A stretch of DNA of 64,000 bases, from sequence record DRR378314_2032; one strand, written 5' to 3'. Shown piece after piece: positions 1-9,211 of the stretch. How positions within the stretch are numbered: the first letter of the stretch is position 1; each line of letters begins with the position of its first letter. Made by a program: the position numbers and the translations under genes. The notes beneath the pieces were generated by a model. It searched no databases. It worked only from the letters and a program-made list of their open reading frames with translations, and was not told the DNA's origin.

Positions 1-77
1 CAACCTGAACTTGTTTCAGGTTCTCATAATTATATGTTTACCAGCACGATGAGATTCTGAAATAAATTCGGAATGAC
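1..77. repeat. REP-like palindromic doublet (two inverted imperfect hairpins), probably cut by the window start
   Basis: Hairpin AACCTGAA-N5-TTCAGGTT at 2-22 and inverted copy ATTCTGAA-N5-TTCGGAAT at 54-74 followed by GAC; inner flanks TCTCAT (22-27) and ATGAGA (49-54) are also complementary. Confidence 0.65.
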
Positions 78-202
78 GCATTTCAATACTTTTTAGAATT
101 CACCCTCTTTTTATGTGTTGTAAGATTATGATCGGAATCTACGTTCTCCACCAAATACTTTTACTAACTTGTAAATAGATTTCAATAAGTATCAAAAAAT
201 AG

Positions 203-1609
203 ATGCTCGTTCCCATTCTCGTTTCGGTATACATTCTAATTGCCCTGGTCATGGTGATAAGTTTGTTGTTAAATGGTGTGAGACCCAGCAAGACCTTGGC
301 TTGGCTGTTGGCCATTTTCACCATACCCGTGGCAGGCGGTCTTTTATATATCCTATTTGGACGAAACAGAAGAAAAAGTAAAATGTTCTCCTTGAAGAAT
401 CAGTTTGGACCGATAAACAAACTGGAACATGTAACTTGCCATCCCGAAATTTCTGGGAACAAACAAAAAATAACTTTTTTAATAAATAAAACATCCAAGT
501 GTCCTGTTACTTGCTATAATAATTTGGACTTGTTGAAAGATGGAAAGAATACTTTTGAAAGTATTTTTCATGCACTTGAGGAGGCCAAAGAACATATCCA
601 TCTACAATACTACATTTTTGAGGATGGCCTCTTGGCAGATAAACTTTTGGAGGTTTTTGAACGGAAAATAGCCGAGGATGTCACCATCCGACTTCTATAC
701 GATGGTATTGGCAGCTACTCGTTAAGTAAAAAATATCTCAGAAAACTTAAAAAGATCGGGGTGGAGACAGCTCAATTTCTACCCTTCAAATTTGGTAGGT
801 TCCTTTCCGCATTAAACTATAGGAACCACAGAAAGATTATCGTAATCGATAACAAAATTGGGTTTACGGGCGGCATCAATATTTCGGACAAATACCTAAA
901 GGGAGACCCCGCTTTGGGCAAATGGCACGATACCCACTTAAAGATTGAAGGTGAGGCCGTTGATTTTTTAAATAGGACATTTATGACCGATTGGTACCTC
1001 GCCAGTGGAAATAAAGTGGATTTCTCTACTTTCAAAGTCTACAGGGCACCCAAAATAGGGACCTCTCTCCAAATAGTTCCCAGTGGACCGGATGACGATT
1101 TTGATGTAATGGAGCAGGTTTATTTTTCAATTATAAACAGTGCGGAAAAATACCTTTATATAGTTAATCCTTACATTATTCCGAACCATGCAATATTGCA
1201 AGCATTGATGACCGCGGCATTGAGCGGGGTCGATGTAAGAATCCTGATGTCCACCAGTACAGATATAAAACTTGTAGATTGGTGCGTAAGGGCCTATTTT
1301 GAGTCGTATCTTAAAGCGGGCATTAAGATATATTTATACGACGATGGCTTTTTGCATAGCAAGGTAATGTTGTGTGATGACGAAGTCGCCAGCATTGGTA
1401 CGGCAAACCTCGATAACAGAAGTCTACAACAAAACTATGAGGCACAGGTGTTTGTTTATGATAGTGTTCTGTGCCAACAAATGAAATCCGATTTTTTGAA
1501 AGATTGTGAAAAATCCATCATTTTGGAGGACTACGAAAAATACAAGGAAAGACCTTGGATCAAAAAATTGATCGAAGGCTTCGCTAAATTGTTGAGTCCG
1601 GTTTTATAG
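203..1609 (+). CDS. cls: Cardiolipin synthase (phospholipase D family)
   Basis: Two N-terminal TM helices and two HKD motifs (RNHRKIIVID, LHSKVMLCD). Confidence 0.92.
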   Translation: MLVPILVSVYILIALVMVISLLLNGVRPSKTLAWLLAIFTIPVAGGLLYILFGRNRRKSKMFSLKNQFGPINKLEHVTCHPEISGNKQKITFLINKTSKCPVTCYNNLDLLKDGKNTFESIFHALEEAKEHIHLQYYIFEDGLLADKLLEVFERKIAEDVTIRLLYDGIGSYSLSKKYLRKLKKIGVETAQFLPFKFGRFLSALNYRNHRKIIVIDNKIGFTGGINISDKYLKGDPALGKWHDTHLKIEGEAVDFLNRTFMTDWYLASGNKVDFSTFKVYRAPKIGTSLQIVPSGPDDDFDVMEQVYFSIINSAEKYLYIVNPYIIPNHAILQALMTAALSGVDVRILMSTSTDIKLVDWCVRAYFESYLKAGIKIYLYDDGFLHSKVMLCDDEVASIGTANLDNRSLQQNYEAQVFVYDSVLCQQMKSDFLKDCEKSIILEDYEKYKERPWIKKLIEGFAKLLSPVL

Positions 1610-2611
1610 TGTCACCGCCTCGAACCCCAACTCGTTTTTGCAGGTTTTCCCCTCTTCCCAACAATCCAAATTATAAATAGTGGTCTCGGCTATTCTAAAC
1701 AAGGCCTCTTTGGTAGCAAATGCCTGGTGCGGTGTTAAGAGTACGTTTGGCAAAGCTATCAGTTCTTTGAGGACCTCATCATTGATTCCGTTTTTACTGT
1801 TATCTTTAAAAAACACACCTCTTTCGTGCTCATAAACATCGGTGGCATACCCTCCGAGATGGCCACTTTTCAACGCATCGATTACATCTTCCGTTTTTAC
1901 GATACCGCCGCGCGCCGTATTGATCAATATGGCTCCCTCTTTCATTGCCATGAACAAGGGCTCATAAAAAATGTGGTGCGTTTCATAATTGAGGGGCGCA
2001 TTTATACTGATAATATCCGACCGTCTGCACAATTCTTCCAAAGGAAGGTATTCCAAATCGTAATGGCTTTCCAGGTAATGGTTGCGTTTTAAATCGGTGG
2101 CTACCACCTTGCACCCAAAGGCATGGAATATTTTCACCAAAATAGAACCAATTCTTCCAGTTCCGAATATACCGACGGTTTTCCCGTTCAAGTCAAAACC
2201 CATTAAATTGTCCAATGTAAAATTATATCGCTTCACTTGGGCATCGGCCTGAACGAGCTTACGGTTCAAAGCTAGCAACATCCCAATCGTATGCTCTGCA
2301 ATGGCGTTTGGTGAATATTCTGGTGCATAGGCCACCTTGAACCCGATTCGTTTAGCAGATTTGACACTAACGTTATTGTAACCCGTTGATCGCAGCGTGA
2401 TGTACTTTACCCCCAAATCCCAGAGCATCTCCAAGACAACCAAGGAAGCATCGTCGTTGGAAAAAATGGAAATGGCATCGTACCCAGCTGCCATTACAGC
2501 AGTTGTTGAGTTCAGAACGTCGGGCACAAACTTTAGTTTGTGCTTGTTCCCATTTAATTTTTCCAGGTTTTTTATTTCAAAATCCTTGGCGCTATACACC
2601 AGTACTTTCAT
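1604..2611 (-). CDS. D-2-hydroxyacid dehydrogenase, D-lactate dehydrogenase (LdhA)-like
   Basis: GIFGTGRIG Rossmann motif, INTARG, DVYEHE, LTPHQAFAT; ATG at 2611 preferred to TTG at 2617. Confidence 0.85.
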   Translation of the reverse strand: MKVLVYSAKDFEIKNLEKLNGNKHKLKFVPDVLNSTTAVMAAGYDAISIFSNDDASLVVLEMLWDLGVKYITLRSTGYNNVSVKSAKRIGFKVAYAPEYSPNAIAEHTIGMLLALNRKLVQADAQVKRYNFTLDNLMGFDLNGKTVGIFGTGRIGSILVKIFHAFGCKVVATDLKRNHYLESHYDLEYLPLEELCRRSDIISINAPLNYETHHIFYEPLFMAMKEGAILINTARGGIVKTEDVIDALKSGHLGGYATDVYEHERGVFFKDNSKNGINDEVLKELIALPNVLLTPHQAFATKEALFRIAETTIYNLDCWEEGKTCKNELGFEAVTL

Positions 2612-2623
2612 CTTCAATACATT

Positions 2624-3067
2624 TTAATTCAACAATCTTTTTTGTTTCTTCCGTTTGATCACATTGGAAACGATATCGAAAATTTTGGTCTTGGAATCTC
2701 TGTATTTCACAAAGAAATCTTCCACTTCCCTACCAAGTTCGCTATGGGTTTCCAAGTAGGCCTGCTCCATTTTTTCCTGGTTGACTTGATCCAACATAAT
2801 TTGGAGCTGATTCCCGTGCAATTGCACTTTTTTAAAAAGATCTACCAAATCCTTCTCCGATTTGTTCAACGATTCCACGACAGGCTGTATGGTCTTGAAC
2901 ATGTCTGAATCTATGATGTCCAACGTATAGTCTTTTACCATTTGGTTCAAGAACTTTTGTTCATCCCGAGCAAAATGTAGTTCGGAAGACCATTTTTTTG
3001 ATTCTTCATGCAATTCCTCAGCACTGAACCACTCCCTAAATCTTCGTTTGTTTGATTTTGTTTCCAT
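2624..3067 (-). CDS. Hypothetical all-helical protein, paralog of 3592..4023
   Basis: 147-aa ORF in operon orientation; shares WxSxLxFxxxExxF, HxNxL and YxExH with 3592..4023. Confidence 0.75.
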   Translation of the reverse strand: METKSNKRRFREWFSAEELHEESKKWSSELHFARDEQKFLNQMVKDYTLDIIDSDMFKTIQPVVESLNKSEKDLVDLFKKVQLHGNQLQIMLDQVNQEKMEQAYLETHSELGREVEDFFVKYRDSKTKIFDIVSNVIKRKKQKRLLN

Positions 3068-3083
3068 CGCTAAAATACTTTGT

Positions 3084-3109
3084 GCGGCAGATGATTTTTC
3101 ATCTGCCGC
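3084..3109. terminator. 11-bp stem-loop downstream of hsp20 (terminator or mRNA-stabilising hairpin)
   Basis: GCGGCAGATGA-TTTT-TCATCTGCCGC perfect inverted repeat; no clear U-tract directly after it on the minus strand. Confidence 0.5.
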
Positions 3110-3118
3110 GAATTTTGA

Positions 3119-3559
3119 TCAAACCACCTCGATTACTTTTTTATGGTTTTCCTTGGCCACTTCCAGTTTATGGATCTTGAGCTTAAGAATACCATTTTCG
3201 TATACCGCCTTGATTTCTTTGGATTGATCTACGGTAGGTGGTAATTGTAGGTTTCTGGTAAATGCATTGTAGTTGAACTCCCTTCGGGTAAAGTTTTCTT
3301 CCTCTTCGGTTTCCTCTTTGCTCTTCTGGGCCGATACCTCCAATACATCATCTTTCATAGTGATCTCGAAATCTTTCTTGTCAAATCCAGGTACGGCTAA
3401 TTCAATTTCAAAATCATCTTTGTGTTCTTTTACATTCATTGATGGATGGTTTTTTTCCAAATTGAAAAAATCATCATCAACAAATGCATCTCGATTGAAA
3501 AAATCAATCAGTTTCTCATTCCATGGAAATCGCTTTCCATCCAATTTTACAAGTGACAT
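3119..3559 (-). CDS. Small heat shock protein (Hsp20/alpha-crystallin family)
   Basis: PSMNVKE...IELAVPGFDKKDF...FTRNLQLP...AVYENGILKLKIHK alpha-crystallin signature. Confidence 0.93.
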   Translation of the reverse strand: MSLVKLDGKRFPWNEKLIDFFNRDAFVDDDFFNLEKNHPSMNVKEHKDDFEIELAVPGFDKKDFEITMKDDVLEVSAQKSKEETEEEENFTRREFNYNAFTRNLQLPPTVDQSKEIKAVYENGILKLKIHKLEVAKENHKKVIEVV

Positions 3560-3581
3560 AACTATTCAAATTATTGATTAA

Positions 3582-3595
3582 TTGACCTATATCAA
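3582..3595. promoter_or_regulatory. Crp/Fnr-type box upstream of hsp20
   Basis: TTGACCTATATCAA, one mismatch from the FNR consensus TTGAT-N4-ATCAA; matches local TGAY-N4-RTCA. Confidence 0.55.
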
Positions 3596-4023
3596 TCCGA
3601 TATGGAAGAATCCACATCAGTAAAAGGACTTCTTCGTTTGAGCACGGAACCAGCGTAATCGTACACTTCTTTTTTAAGCTTGATGTATCTCTGGATATAA
3701 TCTGTAAACTTCTCCTTTATGCCCTGGTGTTTTTCATAATAATGATTGTCGCATTCTTCTTGGGTACATTCATAAATGCCTCCTAAACCGTTCTCGTGCT
3801 TCGCCATGATTGCCGATAGGGATTTCCTTTCCTTCTTGGAAATGGTAAAATGTTGTTTAAAAGTTTCCAACCGCTCGAACAACTTGGGAGTTCTCGGTTC
3901 AAACACGTAGGAATCCAATAGCTTTTGGATAAAAGCCATTTCGCCCTCGATAAACTGCAAATAGGATTTCCAATTTTGCAGTTCCCCACGCATTACCTCT
4001 ATTTGTCTATCCCTTACCATCAT
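3592..4023 (-). CDS. Hypothetical all-helical protein, paralog of 2624..3067
   Basis: 143-aa ORF; WKSYLQFIEGEMAF, HENGL and YYEKH align with 2624..3067. Confidence 0.75.
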   Translation of the reverse strand: MMVRDRQIEVMRGELQNWKSYLQFIEGEMAFIQKLLDSYVFEPRTPKLFERLETFKQHFTISKKERKSLSAIMAKHENGLGGIYECTQEECDNHYYEKHQGIKEKFTDYIQRYIKLKKEVYDYAGSVLKRRSPFTDVDSSISD

Positions 4024-4042
4024 TGCGGCATTAAATTATTAC

Positions 4043-4086
4043 TGAAAGTAAGGTTTGATGGGTTATTGTGAAATGATTTAAATCAT
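4043..4086 (-). promoter_or_regulatory. Crp/Fnr-type box plus -7 element for 3592..4023
   Basis: ATGATTTAAATCAT at 4073-4086; minus-strand TACTTTCA at 4043-4050, 23 nt from the box core. Confidence 0.65.
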
Positions 4087-4098
4087 ATCAACAAGTTA

Positions 4099-4527
4099 CT
4101 AAGTCTGTTCCGGGAACCGGTCATCCATTCCAAAGGATTGTTTCACCAAGGCCTTAAACTGGTTTTCGGTCATGCTGTCTACCGTTTCCACCTTTTTAAC
4201 CTTATCGGCCAAATGGGAATGCCTTGTTTTTAATGCATCCATAAATTTCTCCGGAGCTTCGGCGGGCCCAAAAATGTTTATTTGATCCGCATCTGAAATA
4301 TGTTCGGCAATCTTTTCAAAATAATCCTTCAATTGATGTTTTTCTCTTTCCAAGTATTTGCTGTCCTGCACAACATCTTGTGGGCCCCATTTGGTTTTGG
4401 ATCGAGCTCCCCCTTTGGGATTAAAGAAATCCAGTTCCGAAGGAATGTTGGTCAGGTTTTCTTTTCCATTGTTCAAAACTACGATATTGGCCTCTAGTTT
4501 GTCCAGCCATATTCCTACTCGCTTCAT
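4099..4527 (-). CDS. Stand-alone eRF1-middle-domain / host-attachment-like protein
   Basis: N-terminal GIWLDxxxAxIV strand and YFEKIAEHI..ADQINIFGPAEA motif recalled from baeRF/eRF1_2-like proteins. Confidence 0.55.
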   Translation of the reverse strand: MKRVGIWLDKLEANIVVLNNGKENLTNIPSELDFFNPKGGARSKTKWGPQDVVQDSKYLEREKHQLKDYFEKIAEHISDADQINIFGPAEAPEKFMDALKTRHSHLADKVKKVETVDSMTENQFKALVKQSFGMDDRFPEQT

Positions 4528-4542
4528 AATTCAATCGTTTTT

Positions 4543-5394
4543 CTAGTTATCATTCAGTTCTAAAATCGGCACTTTCGGTTCGTACCCAATCTTTTTCACC
4601 AAAGGGTTTGATAGGATACTTCGAAAGAACAAGTGTTTTCTGTTCAAGAAAGCTATCATATCGCACCCATGGTCATCAATGAATTTGTTTATTCCGCTGC
4701 TAATTTTGTCCGCAGGCAAAAAATGTATTTTGTAATTAGTCCCCTGCAAGATTTCTTGTAACAAATCTTTGTTGATCTTCTCTTTTTTGCTGAGCTTTCC
4801 ATCTTTGTCCTTATCAATGTGAACCACATTGATTTGCGCATCGTACAAATTGGAGATTTCTATCAAATCCCCGATTTCCTTGCGCTTAAAAGGGGTTTTG
4901 TAATCTGTGGGAAAAACAATCTCTCTTGGTGTTTTGAACATATAATTGTTGGGCACGGCGATAACAGGGCATTCTTTGATCTGCTCCATAACATTGACGG
5001 TATTGGTACCGAATATCCGTGCTTTGGATTCTGTGACCCCCTTGGTTCCCATAACAATGATGTCGATATCCTTTTTATCGATTACATTTCGTATGGCCTC
5101 TGTCAAGCTATTGAACGTCGTTATAGTATGAAATTCATGTTTATTATTTTGGGGATGCAGTTTTATCATTTGCATCAACTTTTCCATACCTTCCTCCGAT
5201 TCCTGTTTTGCAGCTTCATAATAGGGTTCGCCCAATTCGGGCACCCTCATGCTGTCCAGGGTATATCCTGAAATGTGAAAAGTATTTAGGATGAAAAAAT
5301 CACATCTCACATTTTTGTAAAGTTCCAATGCATATCTAATGGCGTTCAATGCATTTTTTGAATAATCCGTGGGTAACAAAACTCTCTTGTCCAT
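4543..5394 (-). CDS. Universal stress protein (tandem USP domains)
   Basis: VLLPTDYS, DIIVMGTKG, FGTNT, CPVIAVP, second IVFPTDY. Confidence 0.92.
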   Translation of the reverse strand: MDKRVLLPTDYSKNALNAIRYALELYKNVRCDFFILNTFHISGYTLDSMRVPELGEPYYEAAKQESEEGMEKLMQMIKLHPQNNKHEFHTITTFNSLTEAIRNVIDKKDIDIIVMGTKGVTESKARIFGTNTVNVMEQIKECPVIAVPNNYMFKTPREIVFPTDYKTPFKRKEIGDLIEISNLYDAQINVVHIDKDKDGKLSKKEKINKDLLQEILQGTNYKIHFLPADKISSGINKFIDDHGCDMIAFLNRKHLFFRSILSNPLVKKIGYEPKVPILELNDN

Positions 5395-5412
5395 GACGAT
5401 TTCTGTTTTTAC

Positions 5413-5456
5413 GAAAGTTATATTTCCTCCAAATGATATACTATGATTTTGGTCAA
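5413..5456 (-). promoter_or_regulatory. Crp/Fnr-type box plus -7 element for USP 4543..5394
   Basis: ATGATTTTGGTCAA at 5443-5456; minus-strand TAACTTTC at 5413-5420, 23 nt from the core. Confidence 0.65.
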
Positions 5457-6268
5457 TTTGGAGTACTGGACAAAATCAAAAATGGCACCTTTAATTTAGT
5501 GTTGAGCTCTTTGATAATTCCCTTGCCGATAAACTCCAAGAAAAAATGATGTGGGTAATAAATCATGCAGAGCATATCTATATTCCAAAGGTCCACAAAC
5601 TCCAAAATGGTATTCACCTTTCCTTCTAGCAGAGGCAATTTAACTTCTTTTGCTGCATCTTCGGATACGGCCGTCAAAAAGTCTAATTTGTTCCTCTTGG
5701 CAGGTTCAACAACCTTTTCTTCCTCTATGCTCATGGGAACGATCACACTATCCATCAATCCGTTAAAAAACCGAAGTGCCCTGATGTTTTCCTTTGTTAT
5801 TGGATTAGCGAAATTGGAGGTAAATGCAATTTTGTCGACCTTTTTAAAATCAATTTCCAAAGGAACGATCAATATGGGACAGCACGTAATTTCACGAACC
5901 AATTGCATCGCATTGTTTCCGAACAATATGTGCTTGATCTCTTCTTTTCCCTTGTTGCCGATAACGGTAAGGTCCATATTGTTCTCCTTGGCATATTCGG
6001 CAATCCCTTTGGCCATATCGGAACAGAGAGATTCTTTGTAAAAGGTGTGCTTATTATTTTCGCCAACATCCCTGACCAATCGGTGTACCAAGGCATCCAA
6101 TCCTTGGGCCGACTCCAATTTGGCCTTTTCCATATCCGGATTGTTTTCCTTACTGCACACATTTACGATATGAAATCTGCATTCCTTTCCCTCGAACAAA
6201 CGTGCAGCATAATACAGCGCATTATAGGAGTTGTTCGAAAAATCGGTGGGCACTAAAACTTGTAACAT
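5453..6268 (-). CDS. Universal stress protein
   Basis: VLVPTDFS, DLTVIGNKG, LFGNNA, CPILIVP. Confidence 0.88.
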   Translation of the reverse strand: MLQVLVPTDFSNNSYNALYYAARLFEGKECRFHIVNVCSKENNPDMEKAKLESAQGLDALVHRLVRDVGENNKHTFYKESLCSDMAKGIAEYAKENNMDLTVIGNKGKEEIKHILFGNNAMQLVREITCCPILIVPLEIDFKKVDKIAFTSNFANPITKENIRALRFFNGLMDSVIVPMSIEEEKVVEPAKRNKLDFLTAVSEDAAKEVKLPLLEGKVNTILEFVDLWNIDMLCMIYYPHHFFLEFIGKGIIKELNTKLKVPFLILSSTPN

Positions 6269-6281
6269 AGCTTGTCTTTAC

Positions 6282-7124
6282 TTAAGGGTTAAACGGAAGG
6301 ACTAAAAAGGGAACCTTGCTATGCAGGCCTATATTTTTGATAATGGGCTCCACAAACAGACGCTCTAAAAACGAATGTTTGTTCTTTATCATGGCCAATA
6401 ACGCTACAGGGTGGTCTTTCTGAAAACCATTGATGGCCTCTATCAATTCTTGGTCGGGCAAATCATAAAACTTATGTTTATGCTCCAAGAGCCTGCCCTC
6501 CAAATAAGTTTTATGTTTTTCTTGGGTCATATCCAAGCCTTCCGGCGAGGTTACGTGCATAATATGCAGTTTTGAATGCGATAGCTTGGAAAATTTCAGC
6601 AAAAAGTCCAAATGGGCTTTTTTGTAATCCACTTCGTAGTCCGTTGGGAACAAAATATTGCTAGGTGACTCGTATTCAAAATCGAATGGAACGGCCAAAA
6701 CGGGTATTTTGGATCTTTGAATAACTCGAACCGTATTGGAACCAAAAAGTATTTCTTTGGCCCCGGTGGCGCCCTGTGTTCCCATGGCGATAAAATCAAT
6801 GTTTTCCTTTTGGGAGATGGATGCGATTTCATCTCCTAAACTATTAAAGGCCGCATGGGTCACGAAAGTGTGTTTTGACACATTGAACTTTGCTTTTATC
6901 TTTTTTCTGGTATGCTCCAGCGCCTCTTCGGCCTTATACCTCTCATCATCTGGCAACCCTAATTGTCCAGGACTTCCCATGGTATAATCTACCCTATACA
7001 TGGGAGGAGTGTATGCATGTACCAAATAAAATATACAAGTGGAATGCTCCAGTAGCTTTACGGCATACGAAATGGCATGGAACGCGTTCTCGGAAAAATC
7101 GGTGGGCAATACTACTTTGATCAT
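6282..7124 (-). CDS. Universal stress protein
   Basis: VVLPTDFS, DFIAMGTQG, LFGSNT, IPVLAVP. Confidence 0.92.
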   Translation of the reverse strand: MIKVVLPTDFSENAFHAISYAVKLLEHSTCIFYLVHAYTPPMYRVDYTMGSPGQLGLPDDERYKAEEALEHTRKKIKAKFNVSKHTFVTHAAFNSLGDEIASISQKENIDFIAMGTQGATGAKEILFGSNTVRVIQRSKIPVLAVPFDFEYESPSNILFPTDYEVDYKKAHLDFLLKFSKLSHSKLHIMHVTSPEGLDMTQEKHKTYLEGRLLEHKHKFYDLPDQELIEAINGFQKDHPVALLAMIKNKHSFLERLFVEPIIKNIGLHSKVPFLVLPFNP

Positions 7125-7153
7125 AGCTTGAGAATTTAAAAATCCTATGGTAA

Positions 7154-7197
7154 CAAAGCTAAGTAGCAGCTTATTTGTAAACTATGATTTACATCAC
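7154..7197 (-). promoter_or_regulatory. Crp/Fnr-type box plus consensus -7 element for USP 6282..7124
   Basis: ATGATTTACATCAC at 7184-7197; minus-strand TAGCTTTG (perfect TAnnTTTG) at 7154-7161, 23 nt from the core. Confidence 0.72.
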
Positions 7198-7239
7198 ATT
7201 CCCAAAAAACAAGTTCTCAAAAATAACTGAAAATCGGTT

Positions 7240-8073
7240 TTATTCGTGGATGACGTAGAATGGTATTTTTGTATGAAAACTGATTCGCTCTACTATGGAA
7301 TCGAACAAAATCTGTTGGATAAAATTAAGGTTTTTGGCTACCATGATCATCATATCCACATCCCTGCTTTCCACAAAACATTGTATAGCCTCCTTTACCT
7401 TTTGATTGGTTATGGTATGAAAACTATAGTTTCCAGGGAATGTGTCATCCATAAAATCCAAAAGGTATTCCTTGTTCTTTTCCTGCTCCAGGTTGAGCCC
7501 GTCCCCTTCTTTTAAGGCATTCATGATCCTGAACTGGGCCTTTCCCAATTTGACCATTTCCTCCATGGGACGAAGAATCTTCAAGGAATAAAAAATATTA
7601 AAATCTGTAGGGAAAGCTATTTCCCTTGGTTTGGAAAGTTCTACCTGGATTGGAACTACCAGGGTATTGCACTGCACCCGGGTTATCACGTCCCCAGCAT
7701 TGCTTCCTACCACCTTTTCCTTTAAGCCCGAAGCTCCCTTGGTACCCATAACAATAAGGTCGATATCATTTTCTTCTAAATGCTTTTTGATGGTCGGAAT
7801 AAAAAAACCGTACTCGTGCAGGGGAAAAAAGAAGTGATGGGCCTCTGTGCTATGTTCCCTTATTTCCTTTACAAGTTCCGTCAACCTTTCTTTGGTATTA
7901 TCGTCGGATTGATCAGTCTCATAAAAGGATTCCACATCATTTTTTGTATCCAAAAGGGAGCCCACATAAAGTAGGTAAAAGTTACATTCCAACGTGCTAA
8001 AAAGTAATTCTGCATACTTTAAGGCTTGAATGGAATTCTCTGAAAAATCTGTTGGGACCAGAATATTCTTCAT
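7240..8073 (-). CDS. Universal stress protein
   Basis: ILVPTDFS, DLIVMGTKGASG, VGSNAG, IAFPTDF. Confidence 0.92.
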   Translation of the reverse strand: MKNILVPTDFSENSIQALKYAELLFSTLECNFYLLYVGSLLDTKNDVESFYETDQSDDNTKERLTELVKEIREHSTEAHHFFFPLHEYGFFIPTIKKHLEENDIDLIVMGTKGASGLKEKVVGSNAGDVITRVQCNTLVVPIQVELSKPREIAFPTDFNIFYSLKILRPMEEMVKLGKAQFRIMNALKEGDGLNLEQEKNKEYLLDFMDDTFPGNYSFHTITNQKVKEAIQCFVESRDVDMMIMVAKNLNFIQQILFDSIVERISFHTKIPFYVIHE

Positions 8074-8121
8074 TTGTCATAAATTAAAGGCGCAAGTTGG
8101 TTATTCATCAAAAAAAAAAGA

Positions 8122-8135
8122 ATGATAAATATCAC
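8122..8135. promoter_or_regulatory. Crp/Fnr-type box upstream of USP 7240..8073
   Basis: ATGATAAATATCAC; only a weak -7-like CAACTTGC at the 23-nt position. Confidence 0.6.
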
Positions 8136-8161
8136 TTGCCCTATTTATGACACATAATTTT

Positions 8162-9211
8162 TTAATGCACCCGTTCTAAAGCGTCCCTATCAACCACCAT
8201 TATATGTCTGTTTTCTATAGCAATGAGCCCTTCATTTTTAAAATCCGACAAGGTTCTGATAAGGCTTTCTGTCGCGATACCCGCAACTCCTGCCAAATCG
8301 CTTCTGGCTATTTTTAAGGGCCCTTGTTTATCCTTGTTTATAGCTTTGCTGAATACTAAAAGTGTTTGGGCCGTTTTTTTACGCACCGAACTGTAAGCCA
8401 TTTGCAACAACTGTTTTTTAATACTGGTCAGGTTTTCGGCGATTACATCCATAAGTTCCAAGGAAACACTTTTGTTGTCCTCTAAAATTGCTTTCACCTT
8501 TTCTTTGGATATCCCTGCCAGTTCCACAGCTTCCATAGCAACAGTATATTCTTGATACGGCAAATGATCGGTCAATGAAGTAAAGCCTAAAAAATCATCC
8601 TCGGAGTAGATGGAGGTTATCAGTTCCTTTCCCTCCTCATCCAATCCACAACTTTTTACAACACCTTTAAGGATCAGGTATACCATATTGGAATGCTCTC
8701 CCTTGTTATAAATGGTTTCATCCTTTTTAAAGGAAAACAGATTGCCATGATCATCAAAAAAATTTTTCAATTCGTTCAGGGAACGTATCTCATGCTCACC
8801 ACTTACCTCTTTCGGGTGTTCCTTAAACATTGCGTTCATTTGTTCTGCCTTTTCCAATCGGCACCTAATGGCAGTCAACAGCTCTTCTTCTTCAAAAGGC
8901 TTGGTCAAATAATCATCGGCACCAAGGTTCATCCCCCTTCGCACATCTTGTTTTTCGGTTTTGGCGGAAACAAAAATAAATGGGATGTGACGTGTATTTT
9001 GGTCAGATGATAATTGTTCCAATACTCCATAGCCATCCATTTCCGGCATCATTATATCGCACAGCACCAAATCCGGAAGGTTCTTCTTGGCCATATCGAC
9101 CGCTATTCTCCCGTTTGATGCCGAATACACGCTAAAACCAGATAACTCCAAGAGTTCTGCAATGTTTTCTCGTAGCGAGGTATCATCCTCAACCAGTAAG
9201 ATTTTCTTCAT
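8162..9211 (-). CDS. Hybrid response regulator: REC + cNMP-binding + Crp/Fnr HTH
   Basis: ILLVEDD, LCDIMMPEMDG, ADDYLTKPF receiver; IYNKGEHSNMVYLILKGVVK beta-roll; IARSDLAGVAGIATESLIRTLSDFK HTH. Confidence 0.9.
   Translation of the reverse strand: MKKILLVEDDTSLRENIAELLELSGFSVYSASNGRIAVDMAKKNLPDLVLCDIMMPEMDGYGVLEQLSSDQNTRHIPFIFVSAKTEKQDVRRGMNLGADDYLTKPFEEEELLTAIRCRLEKAEQMNAMFKEHPKEVSGEHEIRSLNELKNFFDDHGNLFSFKKDETIYNKGEHSNMVYLILKGVVKSCGLDEEGKELITSIYSEDDFLGFTSLTDHLPYQEYTVAMEAVELAGISKEKVKAILEDNKSVSLELMDVIAENLTSIKKQLLQMAYSSVRKKTAQTLLVFSKAINKDKQGPLKIARSDLAGVAGIATESLIRTLSDFKNEGLIAIENRHIMVVDRDALERVH

Noticed and set aside
123-134. AGATTATGATCG upstream of cls as a possible regulon box
   Set aside because: Two mismatches and 21-nt rather than 23-nt spacing to TACTTTTA; cls membership unsupported
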